Source: Prorocentrum cordatum (Eukaryota). Taken from it: 54,002 bases of DNA. How positions within the stretch are numbered: position 1 is the first letter of the stretch; each line of letters starts with the position of its first letter. Where the stretch lies: contig CAUYUJ010000274.1 in assembly GCA_963575745.1 (NCBI GenBank), forward strand, positions 62,001 through 116,002, given 5' to 3'. Under the pieces are notes generated by a model. That model made no database searches. It worked only from the letters and a program-made list of their open reading frames with translations, and was not told the DNA's origin. The translations under genes were made by a program, and so were the position numbers. Positions 11,196 to 21,838 of this stretch are shown one piece after another.

Positions 11196-14100
11196 CCATG
11201 CAGGTCTCCGCTCTCTTTGTCGTGGCGTTGCAGCCAGGCCATCTTTTGGTGTGGCAGATCTGGCCGCTCGCGCAGAGCATCTGGCGTCGGAGTGTCGCGC
11301 GCAGGGACATACACCATCGGCTTCCGGTGCAGTCGGGCATATTGCGACGCTCGGAGTTTGTTCACCTCATACTTGACGTCGTTATTCGGGAACACTCCGG
11401 GGGCGCGCCGAAACTTCTCCGCGTGTATGCGCGGGTCATCTGGTCCTGTGATGACGAGACAGCGCCGTGCGCGCTCATCCTTGCACGCCCCACATTCCTT
11501 TTTGCGGATTTCCGCCGGGGTCACTGCTGAGCGCCGACGGCGTGTTCCGACAGCTTCCCTGTGCGGGCCCTCTGCGCTGACACACAAGGCCCTACATTCT
11601 CGGTTCCCACACCCAACATCACCATGGAGCCAACTCCCTGGGACACTAGTAGCCTTCCCGTGCAAAAATGAATGTGTGTCTTCCGTGAGCTCTCCTTTGC
11701 GGAACTCCTCTTGCACGGATTTCAGCCAGGAATCGTCGCAGCGCTCGCACTCCACTAGCTCCGTTACTCCCTGCACGCCCCCCTCACTTCCCCCCCACAG
11801 GAGACTTTGCCCGTGTAGTACTGGCGGGAGCGACATGTACTTTCGAGCCTCCGCGATGCGCTCTGTTGGGACGTCTGCAAGGAACCCTCCGTCCGGTGGG
11901 GCCAGTTGCCAAAAATCTCCGCTCATCACGACGTTCAGACCGCCGAAGGGTCGCGTCTCTCCACCTTCCCCGCGCTTCTGTGTGCCAACGTCCCGAATAA
12001 CGCTGCGAAGCTTGTGATCTACTTCGGCGAGTAGCCGGGCGCTGACCATGCTGATCTCGTCGATGAACAACCACCTCCACTGCAGAACCCGCTTCGCTGT
12101 TTCGTACTGAAGTTTCACATATTCTCCCTTGTCGTCGCCACGTCTAACAGCGGGAATACCGCAGGCGTGATGCATGGTGTCTCCACCGAGCAGCTGGGCC
12201 ATGACTGCCTGGAAGGCCGTGATCTGAAAATGGACGCCAATAGTCCACTGCATGATGTCTTCGAACAGCTCCTTCCGCAGAATCCGCAGCACGTGTGACT
12301 TCCCTGTGCCGGGTCCTCCGTGCATGCACCACCGCAGTGGTTCGCCCATTTCCGCTCCCCCTCGCGCTTCCCCATCCAGCTCTTGCATCACCCTCTCTGC
12401 TACATGCTTGACCATTTCGAACTGCTTCGCGTTGACAACGCGCCGGCCTGTGTTTCTGTCAGTCCTGAACTCAAGCTCCCTGAGCCACTCTACCACCTGG
12501 CCGCATGTCGCCCCTGCCTGCGCCTCCACCTTCCCACGCTCTTCTTCCGCCGCCACTCTGTCAGCCATTGATTTTTCCTTGCTCCGGGACGCCCTGGCTG
12601 CGTCCTGCACGGCCTCCAGATCACAGCTGATGGCTTTCGGCCACGCGTTCCGGATTTCCCCAAGCGACTTTTCACTGGGGCGCTGGCCCCACACTGCCTG
12701 GGCCACGGCCATGCCTGCTTTCGAGTTCTGGCAATGGGAACACCCACCCAGACCACCCTCCGGCCCAACGTCTTCTTCTCCACTACTGCTGTCACCGTCC
12801 CCGTCGTCACGCTTCCGACCACCGACGCGTGACTTCAGAGCCTCGTCTAGCTGGTCAAAGCCCACCTCCAATTCCTCGTCGCTCACGTCCTCATCACTCC
12901 GCGCGTCCCCATGCTCCGCATCCCTCGGGCGCACGCGATACACGCTGAGAAAATTGCCCACGTATCGCGCAGCCTCTTCTGACTGCACTCCGCCGTCTAG
13001 CCACGACACCATGGCCTCCTCCCACGTTTTTGAGCCTCGCCGCAGTCCGCCTGCGAAGACGACGTGATCGTCTGCCTCTGACTGTCGCAGCGTCCACGGG
13101 TGGAAATAAGACATGACTATCCGCGCGGATCGCTCAGCTTCTCCATGTCGGCTGCGAGGCACGGGAGCCCCGAAAAAGGTAGGCGCCAACGGCCTCTTGT
13201 TCCTGACAAGAACCCACGTGCGCCGCAGATGCCGGCATCCGTCAGTGTCTGGAAAGGCAACCCAATCCTTTCCTGCGTCGCCCTTCACCATGTAGTCCAC
13301 TCCAGGCTCTAGCTCTGCTGCCTGCTCCTGGTTCCGACCCCACGCCTCCACTTTCTGCTTCCCTGTCGCCGTCAAGAACGCGTGGTGCCTGTCCCGATCG
13401 GCGTCAGCGCCCCTTAAATTGGTGGGGTAGGCCACGAGCACCGGCCTCCAATGCGTCACGAATTCGCACGGCGACAGGTGCCACAGGCCGTCCCGGTTCG
13501 GGCGAAGCCCGTACAACATAGCCACATCCCTGATTGTGACTTTCCGGCGCCTCGGGTTTCGCATGTCCACCTCCGCGAACTGCGCTTTGCGCCCTCCTGT
13601 TATGCTGTCGGAAAGCCTCTCAACCGTCTCGACGTACTCGCGCCCATAGAAACTTGTCGTCTCACAGGTCTTGATCGACTCTGCCGATGTCACATCGATT
13701 CCCAAGGAATACGCTCGAAGATTCGCACACGCAACCTGGCCGCGAACGATGCCCTTCCCGTAGGCGTCGCTCATGATGCGCGTCGACATCCGCTTCCCGA
13801 CGTAGTTTGCGTTCTCCCCGCGCAGCTGTCGGCTGAGCTTCTCGATTCCTCGGGAGCACTCTCTGACTTCATGGAAGGCCATGGGCTGCCGCTTCGTACA
13901 ATAATCGCACGCATACCCTGCCTGGGCGTCCTGAGCCACCTGGACCACCTTGATGATGGCCGCGTCGTTCTGCTTCTCCGCACACCCTTTACCGCACGTG
14001 CAGCTCTCGTGTGTGATCGGCAACCTGTACGGTAGCTGCACGTCCGAGTTGAAACGCTGCGCGGCAAGCATGCATGGATGCGTCCCATTCAGACTCTCAT

Positions 14101-16495
14101 GGTTCATGGGCCCATGCAAACTCCCTACGCGGTTCCGCCTGCCTGCCTTCGGCATATCCAGCTGCGTCGCCAGCCCTGGGCAGATCACGACTGCATGGTC
14201 GATGAGCTGCGCCGTTCGTGGAAAATCGGCCTTGCAGAGTTTCTGGTTGTCCTTCCGACGGCACGCTGGCAAGGGCACCCTCTCCCCCGTTTCTGGGTTC
14301 TCCAGATGCACGTGATTCTGCTTCCGCTCCTGAAGGTACTGCACATCCTTGTCAAGGTAGTCTCGTTCCCACGCACACGCCTCCTCTGCCTCGTCCACCT
14401 GCGGCACTCTCTGCCCTGCCCTGCGAGTCTGATACGTCGGACGGCACACCAGCCCACATTCCGTCTTGTACTCCGGCCACGCGGCCTCCGCTTCTGCCAG
14501 ATTCTTTTTCAGACCATCTTCGGTGATACGCGCTGAGTATTCCTGCCGGCAGACACGTCGCTTGTACTCCAACGATTCCTTGACGAACTTCCTCCCCCAT
14601 CCGTCCGCTTTCTTCCGGACGAGCTCGAAGATTTGGTCCAGCGGCGTGTGTTGGTGTAGACACTGCACGAACACCACCTGACAGTGCGCATGGAGCGCGC
14701 CCGTCGACTTCTGTGCTTCGATGGAGACATAGCACGCGTCCACCCTGCCGAACACCCCACCTTCCGGCGCAGCGTTACTACCGAACAAGTCCTGGCACGG
14801 CGACATCCGCTCACTATGGTTGCATCGGGGGCAGTTCGGACACGTGCGCACGCCGAACAGGTGCCGCATCGTCGCATCCACGATCACACGAAAGCCTTCA
14901 ACGCTCGCCATCGGATCCCGAGCGAGTATCTTCCTGCGCTCCGCCCACGTAGGCACTTGCGGCAATATCGCCGCCAGCGGTAGTTCCAGGCGCACGTCGT
15001 CCGTTCCTGGACCGACCTGCGGCCACTCCCGACTGCCAGCCGCCCGCGATGCACCTGCGTCGTTCTCCGCATTGTGGACGGGGTCACGACGACGCGTGCG
15101 CGACAACCGTACCATGATGAGATTGTGCCCTTCGTCGGGTGAGAAGGTCACGAAAATCGGTACACCATACCGTACGCGGAGCGCGTTGGTTTGGAACCGC
15201 ATGACCCGCCGCGTCTCCTGCGTCCCTGGTAGTCGTCGAGACGTGTGCTCGATGTTCGCGAGCAACTTGTGGGCAGCTCTGCCGAGTCCGGGGACGTAGC
15301 GAACTTTCGTCATGTCTCCCATGACTTTCTGCTTCTTACCGTTCACGTCCTGGTATTTCCCCGCCAATGCACGGTAGATCTGCTGCGCCCCTACGCTGAT
15401 CTCCTCGGGAGTGATCTGCGCGTCTACGTCCTTAGGGTTCGCGGAGACATACGTAAACCACGTCTTGCTAAGGTTTACCGCCGAACGAAATACCAAGTTC
15501 CACGAGACGAACCCGAAATGCCAATCGCGCGACAACTGGCTCTCTACGCGACGACTCATGATGCGAACCCATAGCGGCAGTTCCACCCGCGGTGCCTCTT
15601 CCGAACGCCGATGCCGCGGACGCTTCAGGAAAGCTGGCATGTCGGGCATGCCTGTACAATACTTGAAAATGAACGCAAACGCCACGCCGAAATACCACGG
15701 TTCGAATTGATCCATCATGGTGTTCCCCGTACAGACCCGCAAACGATCCACTCCTTCGTTCCTCTCATGCGCCTCCGTCACCAATCGCACCTCTTCGCTC
15801 TCCTTCACATGCGCGACGTCGGGTTCTTCTCCTCCCCTGCCCCCGCGCGGGCGCTTCCCTCGGGGACCTTCACTCTCCGGCTCACTGTCGCTATCATCCG
15901 TGCGCTCGCTGGTTCCATCATGTTCGCATTCTGGCGACACCCTCTGTACAAAACTTCGTAAGGCTTCCACGCGTTGGGCATTGATATCCCCGTCATCGAA
16001 GCTGCTCTTCTCGAGAACCACGGCGTTGCCTTTCGTTGCTTCCAAGATCTCCGCCGCTTCGTGCAACCCATCCGGGCGCGGAACTGGCGTCGCCGCCTTC
16101 TGCATCTGGATCTTGTCCAGAGCGTTGTCTAAAGGCACCAAACGCATGATCTCGGGCGGCACCTCACCATCAGGAAGCTCCGCAGCCTTCTTTCGCACCT
16201 CTTCCATGCAAACGTGTTGATACGCTCGGTGCCCTCGCATTTTCGCCCCTTCGATCAACTTCACGACTACATCCCGACGGACTAACGCCTGATGTACGAA
16301 CTTCCCCATGCTCGCTACCGCATCGTCGTCACCTCCGGACTTCAATATCACCGACACTATGTCTGCCAGTTCGACGCCTGTCCGCGGCAACGACGGCGGC
16401 CTTGCCTTCGACGCCCCTTCCTCCAAGGCGGTCAGCTGCGCGAGCACGTCCGTCCACGGCATCGGGAAGGACGTCGCGTTTCCGCGAGCAGCCAT
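11081..16495 (-). CDS. Helitron RepHel transposase, N-terminal ~1770 aa (DUF6570-like region, HUH Y2 Rep, PIF1 helicase motifs I-IV)
   Basis: Rep motifs: PIFVTFSPD, EAQKSTGALHAH (HUH, ~14684-14720), NSDVQ and GYACDYCTK (two catalytic Tyr, ~13895-13915). Helicase motifs: GGPGTGKS (Walker A, ~12300), GGDTMHHACGI, FIDEISMV, GDFWQLAPP and ELVECER. Homology shifts frame at a 7-nt A/T run (~11189-11195); residues after 'GDLHG' are out of frame. Confidence 0.93.
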   Translation of the reverse strand: MAARGNATSFPMPWTDVLAQLTALEEGASKARPPSLPRTGVELADIVSVILKSGGDDDAVASMGKFVHQALVRRDVVVKLIEGAKMRGHRAYQHVCMEEVRKKAAELPDGEVPPEIMRLVPLDNALDKIQMQKAATPVPRPDGLHEAAEILEATKGNAVVLEKSSFDDGDINAQRVEALRSFVQRVSPECEHDGTSERTDDSDSEPESEGPRGKRPRGGRGGEEPDVAHVKESEEVRLVTEAHERNEGVDRLRVCTGNTMMDQFEPWYFGVAFAFIFKYCTGMPDMPAFLKRPRHRRSEEAPRVELPLWVRIMSRRVESQLSRDWHFGFVSWNLVFRSAVNLSKTWFTYVSANPKDVDAQITPEEISVGAQQIYRALAGKYQDVNGKKQKVMGDMTKVRYVPGLGRAAHKLLANIEHTSRRLPGTQETRRVMRFQTNALRVRYGVPIFVTFSPDEGHNLIMVRLSRTRRRDPVHNAENDAGASRAAGSREWPQVGPGTDDVRLELPLAAILPQVPTWAERRKILARDPMASVEGFRVIVDATMRHLFGVRTCPNCPRCNHSERMSPCQDLFGSNAAPEGGVFGRVDACYVSIEAQKSTGALHAHCQVVFVQCLHQHTPLDQIFELVRKKADGWGRKFVKESLEYKRRVCRQEYSARITEDGLKKNLAEAEAAWPEYKTECGLVCRPTYQTRRAGQRVPQVDEAEEACAWERDYLDKDVQYLQERKQNHVHLENPETGERVPLPACRRKDNQKLCKADFPRTAQLIDHAVVICPGLATQLDMPKAGRRNRVGSLHGPMNHESLNGTHPCMLAAQRFNSDVQLPYRLPITHESCTCGKGCAEKQNDAAIIKVVQVAQDAQAGYACDYCTKRQPMAFHEVRECSRGIEKLSRQLRGENANYVGKRMSTRIMSDAYGKGIVRGQVACANLRAYSLGIDVTSAESIKTCETTSFYGREYVETVERLSDSITGGRKAQFAEVDMRNPRRRKVTIRDVAMLYGLRPNRDGLWHLSPCEFVTHWRPVLVAYPTNLRGADADRDRHHAFLTATGKQKVEAWGRNQEQAAELEPGVDYMVKGDAGKDWVAFPDTDGCRHLRRTWVLVRNKRPLAPTFFGAPVPRSRHGEAERSARIVMSYFHPWTLRQSEADDHVVFAGGLRRGSKTWEEAMVSWLDGGVQSEEAARYVGNFLSVYRVRPRDAEHGDARSDEDVSDEELEVGFDQLDEALKSRVGGRKRDDGDGDSSSGEEDVGPEGGLGGCSHCQNSKAGMAVAQAVWGQRPSEKSLGEIRNAWPKAISCDLEAVQDAARASRSKEKSMADRVAAEEERGKVEAQAGATCGQVVEWLRELEFRTDRNTGRRVVNAKQFEMVKHVAERVMQELDGEARGGAEMGEPLRWCMHGGPGTGKSHVLRILRKELFEDIMQWTIGVHFQITAFQAVMAQLLGGDTMHHACGIPAVRRGDDKGEYVKLQYETAKRVLQWRWLFIDEISMVSARLLAEVDHKLRSVIRDVGTQKRGEGGETRPFGGLNVVMSGDFWQLAPPDGGFLADVPTERIAEARKYMSLPPVLHGQSLLWGGSEGGVQGVTELVECERCDDSWLKSVQEEFRKGELTEDTHSFLHGKATSVPGSWLHGDVGCGNRECRALCVSAEGPHREAVGTRRRRSAVTPAEIRKKECGACKDERARRCLVITGPDDPRIHAEKFRRAPGVFPNNDVKYEVNKLRASQYARLHRKPMVYVPARDTPTPDALRERPDLPHQKMAWLQRHDKESGDLHGFFADRGGTACGPHRSHRPQRRQVPASRTRGDRALMGM

Positions 16496-16590
16496 CCGAC
16501 TACTCCCCCTCAGTTTATCTTTTCACATGCTTTGCCGCCCCTCTCGCTCGCACCGCTGCTGGTCCTACGTCTACGGGCAGCCTAGTGGTA

Positions 16591-16930
16591 TCATTTCCAT
16601 GCCTTCCGTGTCAAAGTCCCGGTATTCTCGTCACGCGCGACATCGATGGCGTCCACGGAGAAAACCAAGTCCGGCGTTTTCTTCTGGCACTTGCCACTGC
16701 ACTGAAAGGCCTGGCAACTACGTACCGTGACACCGACTGCAATGCGCTCTGAGCATACGACCTTACTCTTCCTCGTGAAGTGTTCGCTCTCTTGTTTGGC
16801 GCTTATGTGCTGCTGCCGAGCGAAAACTCCTTCTTGCACGCTGCACACACGCGCAACGCTTCAACAGTTTGGACTCATCGGCCAAATCTTTCGCGGTGAT
16901 GCTCCGCATGCCACCGCTTCCGCACACCAC
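16591..16930 (-). pseudogene. Degenerate Cys-rich zinc-finger fragment upstream of RepHel
   Basis: Mixed frames read VVCGSGGMRSITAKD..., VCAACKKEFS and KVVCSERIAVGVTVRSCQAFQCSGKCQKK...FS...RKAWK*, with stops and frameshifts. Confidence 0.4.
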
Positions 16931-17159
16931 TCTTGCTCAATTATTCGTTCGGTGCCCCCCATTTGGTTGCGACCCTAATGGCCAACCTCCCAGCGGACAC
17001 CCCGCCACCGGCCCCCAAGACCCACAGTGAAGACCCCACCTCGCGCAAAAAAAACGCTCCAACACGCACGAGATCGCATCCAGACAACAAGCGGCCCCCG
17101 AACCAAAGAACCCACAACGACTGCATTGGGGTCGGCGGCAGAGGCGGCAGCCTTTAGAT

Positions 17160-17865
17160 TACAAGAACTTGTACTGATTGCGGATCGTGCCCCATTGAAG
17201 ACAAGCATCTGAGAATGCTCAACCGTGTCAAAACAGCGCCCCTGGGATTTCAACGCTGCGAATCAACGTGAATGTTGCGTCCTGACATTCCTCAATCGTG
17301 CCAGGACGCCGTCCCTGGGACTTCAACACAGCGAGTCAATTCAACTGTTGCGTCCTGGCTGTCCTACGTCGCACCAGAGCACCATTCTGGCGACTCCAAC
17401 TATTCGAACCCTTGCGGCGGTTGTAACACTTGAGACGCCTGCTCGTGGCGCTCAAGCGAGGGCAGCAGCTGGGAAAATAATCGCCCTAAATGCATCCTGC
17501 CTTGAAGCTGCCGCAACTATTCAAAACGAATGTCCGCGGCAGCAAGCCAAGAGCCACAGTTTGAAAAAGAGCCGTCCTTTACCTTTACAGCTATTGCAAA
17601 CTTTTTAAGACGAGTGTGCGCGGCGCTGAGGCGGTAGTGAAAACGACCCCCTCATCATCCTTGAAGCTGCTGCAAGCTGTTAAGACGAATGCACGCGGCG
17701 ATGAGGGGAGAGCCACATATTGAAAACCACCCGCCCTCCATCCGCCAAACTCTTTGAAACTTCAAGCCTAAGGGTCATAAACAGCTCGGAATGCGCGACA
17801 TGCCTGGTCCGCCCAAATTGCAGACAGTGGGGGTGCGACAGGGAGGGGCGATCTAGAAGAAAAAG
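17160..17865 (-). repeat. R78 dispersed repeat, copy 2
   Basis: Reverse-complement match to 4468-5010 and 38040-38280. Confidence 0.8.
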
Positions 17866-18602
17866 GAATGATGGAGGAGGAGGAAGAGGAAGAGGAGAAA
17901 GAGGAGGAGGAGGAGGAAGAAGAAGAAGAAGAAAGGAGGAGGAGGAGGAGGAGGAGGCGGAGGAGCAGGAGAAGGGGGAGGGGGAGGAGGAAGGGAAGGA
18001 CAAGGAGGAGGAGGACGAGGAGGAGGCGGAGGAGGGCGAGGATGGACGAGGAGGAGGAGGAGGAGGAGCAGGACGAGGAGGACGAGGATGGACCAGAAGG
18101 AGGAGGACGACGAGGAGGAGGGCGCCTCGTCCTCCAGATCACCGCCAGCGACCGCCGCACGCTCCCCGCGCGGCATGCGCGCCGGCGCGGCCGCCAAGCG
18201 TGGGCCCCACTTCTTCCGAAGGGCCTCCCCGACCACGGCCTCCTCCGCGGCCTCTCGGCGGCGCGAGGGAGGGGGGGAAGGACGGGCCTGTTTCCACCAC
18301 CACCACCACCACCATAGGTAGGAGAGGGAGGGGGTCCTGCTCCTCCTCCTCCTCCTCCTCCTCCTCCTCCTCCTCCTCCTCCCTCCTCCTCCTCCTCCTC
18401 CTACTCCTCTTTCTCCCTCCCCTCTCCCCCCCCCCTCCCCCTCCACCTTCCCCCTCCCCCTCCTGCCTCCTCTCCTCCTCCTCCTCCGTCCTCCTCCTCC
18501 TCCTCTCCTCCCCTCCGCCTCCTTTTTTCCTCCTCCTCCTCCTCCTCCTCCTCCTCCTCCTCACTCCTCCTCCTCCTCCTCCTCCTCCTCCTCCTCCTCC
18601 TC

Positions 18603-19046
18603 CTTCCCCCCTCCAACTTATGGTGGTGGTGGTGGTGGTGGAAAACAAGCCCATCAGGGAAGATTCGGGTTCGCGAGCGAGCGAGTCGAGGGGGGAGGTC
18701 GAAGGGGGGGGGGGAGGAGTTTCGGGTTCGATGTTTTTCTTACGTTTTCGTCGGTGTTCGGTAGTTTTCGGGCCTCGGGATGCTCGCCAGCAGCTGCGCT
18801 TCGCCGAGGGCGTTCCAGGGGTACCCGGATCGTCCCGAACGGCTGCCGGAGATCCGAGGTATGACTCAAAAACCAAGTTCGGCGGCGAGAGAGGGGGGGA
18901 AGTGAGAAAGGAAGTAAAAAAAAGAAAAAAAAAAAAAAAAAACCTAAAAAAAAGAAAAAAAAAAAAAAAAAAAAAAAAAAAGAAAGAAAAAAAAAAAAAA
19001 GAAAAAAAAAAAAAAACAAAAAAAAACAAAAAAAAAAAAAAAAAAG

Positions 19047-19077
<31 letters not shown>

Positions 19078-20527
19078 AAAAAAAAAAAAAGGCCCTCCGA
19101 TTTGGACGCACGCAATGGGTACGGAAAAAAATGGCCCGACGAAAAAAAAAAAACCCCGACAAGTGCTGTCCACACCGACAGCGGACCGCTGTTTTGTCAA
19201 GGTCGCTGTCTCCAGAGAAATCAACCCCCGCGCCGGCGCGAAACAAACGTGACGGCGAGTCCTGTGCGAAATCAACAGGAACCGGTCCTCCTCGCCCTCT
19301 CCATCTCCTCCTCATCCTCCTCCTCCTCCTCCTCCTCCTCCTCCTCTCCTCCTCGTCCTCCTCCTCCTCCTCCCTCCCCTCGTCCTCCTCCTCCTCCTCC
19401 TCCTCCTCCTCCTCCTCCTCCTCCTCCTCCTCCTCCTGTAAGCATCGTACCCATTCTTTCCGTACCCACTTCGACCGTCCCGCTTCTCGGAGGGCGGGGG
19501 GACTCCTCAGAGGCCCTCGCGCCCTCGGAGGGGTCTCTGCCCGTCTCCGGGGAAGGCTCCGCAGACTTCTCGGGAAAGGCCTCCCGAGCCGGCCGGGAAA
19601 GCCCGCCCTGGGGCTCTGCTCACCCGGGCCAGTCCAGGTTCAGATTCCTCCTCCTCCTCCTCCTCCTCCTCCTCCTCCTCCTCCTCCTTCCCCTCCTCCT
19701 CCTCCTCCTCCTCCTCCTCCTCCTCCTCCTCCTCCTCCTCCTCCTCCTCCTCCTCCTCCTTCTCCTTCCCCCCTCCAACTTATGGTGGTGGTGGTGGTGG
19801 TGGAAAACAAGCCCATCAGGGAAGATTCGGGTTCGCGAGCGAGCGAGTCGAGGGGGGAGGTCGAAGGGGGGGGGGGAGGAGTTTCGGGTTCGATGTTTTT
19901 CTTACGTTTTCGTCGGTGTTCGGTAGTTTTCGGGCCTCGGGATGCTCGCCAGCAGCTGCGCTTCGCCGAGGGCGTTCCAGGGGTACCCGGATCGTCCCGA
20001 ACGGCTGCCGGAGATCCGAGGTATGACTCAAAAACCAAGTTCGGCGGCGAGAGAGGGGGGGAAGTGAGAAAGGAAGAAGGTCTTCTTGTTGGACGCCCGA
20101 AATGGGTACGGAAAAAAATGGCCCGACGACAAGTGCTGTCCAACACCGACAGCGGCCGCTGTTGGGCAGGCGGCTGTCTCCAGAGAATCACCCCCGCGGC
20201 GGCGCAAACAGCGAGTCCTGTGCGAAATCAACAGGAACCTCCTCCTCCTCCTCCTCCTCCTCCTCCTCCTCCTCCTCTCCTCCTCCTCCTCTCCTCCTCC
20301 TCCTCCTCCTCCTCCTCCTCCTCCTCCTGTAAGCATCGTACCCACTTCGTACCGTCCCGCTTCTCGGAGGGCGGGGGGACTCCTCAGAGGCCCTCGCGCC
20401 CTCGGAGGGGTCTCTGCCCGTCTCCGGGGAAGGCTCCGCAGACTTCTCGGGAAAGGCCTCCCGAGCCGGCCGGGAAAGCCCGCCCTGGGGCTCTGCTCAC
20501 CCGGGCCAGTCCAGGTTCAGATTCCTC
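18603..20527 (+). repeat. Local tandem duplication (~18603-19650 and ~19765-20527)
   Basis: 18603-18913 matches 19765-20075, and ~19435-19650 matches ~20325-20527. The first unit has an extra ~175-nt A-rich tract. Confidence 0.85.
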
Positions 20528-21682
20528 CTCCTCCTCCTCCTCCTCCTCCTCCTCCTCCTCCTCCTTCTCCTTCCCCTCCTCCTCCTCCTCCTCCTCCCTC
20601 CTCCTCCTCCTCCTCCTCAACCTTTCCTCCTCTTCCTCCTCCTCTCCTCCTCCTCCTCCTCCTCCTCCTCCTCCTCCTCCTCCTCCTCTTCCTCCGCTTC
20701 CTCCTCTTCCTCCTTCTCCTCCTCCTCTGGGTCAGTCAGACCTCGCGGGATCTTGCAGGAACCTGCAGGATCCTGCACTCGAGCCTGGGTCCCAGACCCC
20801 CGGCGTCATGATTTTGTTCACAACGTCGACCCCCAGAGGGCTGGACCCCCTCCCCAGGACCGGTGTTTCATCCTGAGACGGTCCCGAGGCCCAGGAAGGG
20901 CCCCTGGAGGCCGAAAGTAGCGAAAAACCTCTCGTCGTGATTGTTTCACATGGCGAGGAGGCCTGGGATATCTGCAGGATCATGTGCAAGCTCCTGGCGC
21001 TCGGACTGGCCCCCGCTTGCGCTGACCCCCGTCCCTTGCGCGCCCCGACCGCCCCTCCTCGCGTGCCCCCCCGCTGGGCTCGTCGCCGAGCCTGGGGGCG
21101 TCGAGCTCGGCACAGGTGGCGGCCGAGAGGGGGGTGTCCACGGGAAGGGGGCACGAGTCACGGCCGGCAGCGTGCGCGCGGCCCAGGGGGGGGCCAGGGG
21201 CGCAGGGAGAGAAGAGAAGGCGCCATGAGGTCTGAGGAAGCATCGAGGCCCCGGCCGTGAGATCCACCCACCCCCCGCAGTCCCTAGTCACCACCACCAC
21301 CCCTTTGCCGCCCCCGAGCATCCCTCGGGGATGGACAGACCCCCCTTTAGTAAAACGTGGTTTAGTGAAAACGACCTGAGGCCCAAACCTGGCGGGCGCA
21401 AGCCTGGAAAATAACGGCCACGGCGCCATCTCGAGAACCGAAAACGGACAATTCACTAATCGACGTGTCACTCTTGGGGGTTCTGTCCACCCCCGAATCC
21501 CCTGGCCAGGCCCACCCTGGGCCCTCGGGAGCGGTGCGTGCGCACACGCCGCCTCCCCCCGCCTGGGCCGAGGGGCGGCGCGCGCGCCGCTCCCGGGGCG
21601 GCGGATGCTGGAGGCAGGCGGCGGGTCCGAGCTGGACGCGGCCGTGGAGCATCGATCAGAAGGGAACGAACGATACAATTGA

Positions 21683-21838
21683 AGAGGAACTGGGACACAC
21701 AAATAAATACACACAAATAAAAAGATTCCCCATATTTCCCCATATTTTCTGGGTTCCTGTCTTCCCCCCCACCTCCCATATTTTCCCATATTTTCTGGGA
21801 ATCGCCGATTAATTGTGTCTGTGTGTTTTTTCCCCTCC
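21683..21838 (+). mobile_element. ~156-bp MITE 'ACACACAAATAAATACACAC' family (other copies 41923-42079, 42686-42843, inverted ~22555-22720; fragments 22859, 53114)
   Basis: Near-identical copies with TGA TSD at 21680/21839 and 41920/42080. The 41.9-kb copy is nested in another MITE. Confidence 0.85.

Larger units (their letters stand above)
9568..17159 (-). mobile_element. Helitron/Helentron-like rolling-circle transposon (left part lost in assembly gap)
   Basis: Encodes HUH Rep + PIF1 helicase. The right boundary is set by GGGGTCGGCGG-hairpin(AGGC-GGCA-GCCT)-TTAGAT at 17128-17159, after which the sequence switches to a copy of an unrelated dispersed repeat. That this terminus belongs to the RepHel element is inference. 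Confidence 0.8.

Noticed and set aside
11081..16495. Host PIF1 helicase gene
   Set aside because: It is fused to an HUH Rep domain and intronless, which indicates a transposon protein.
11217..16730. Plus-strand ORFs overlapping RepHel
   Set aside because: They are antisense shadows of a GC-rich coding sequence.
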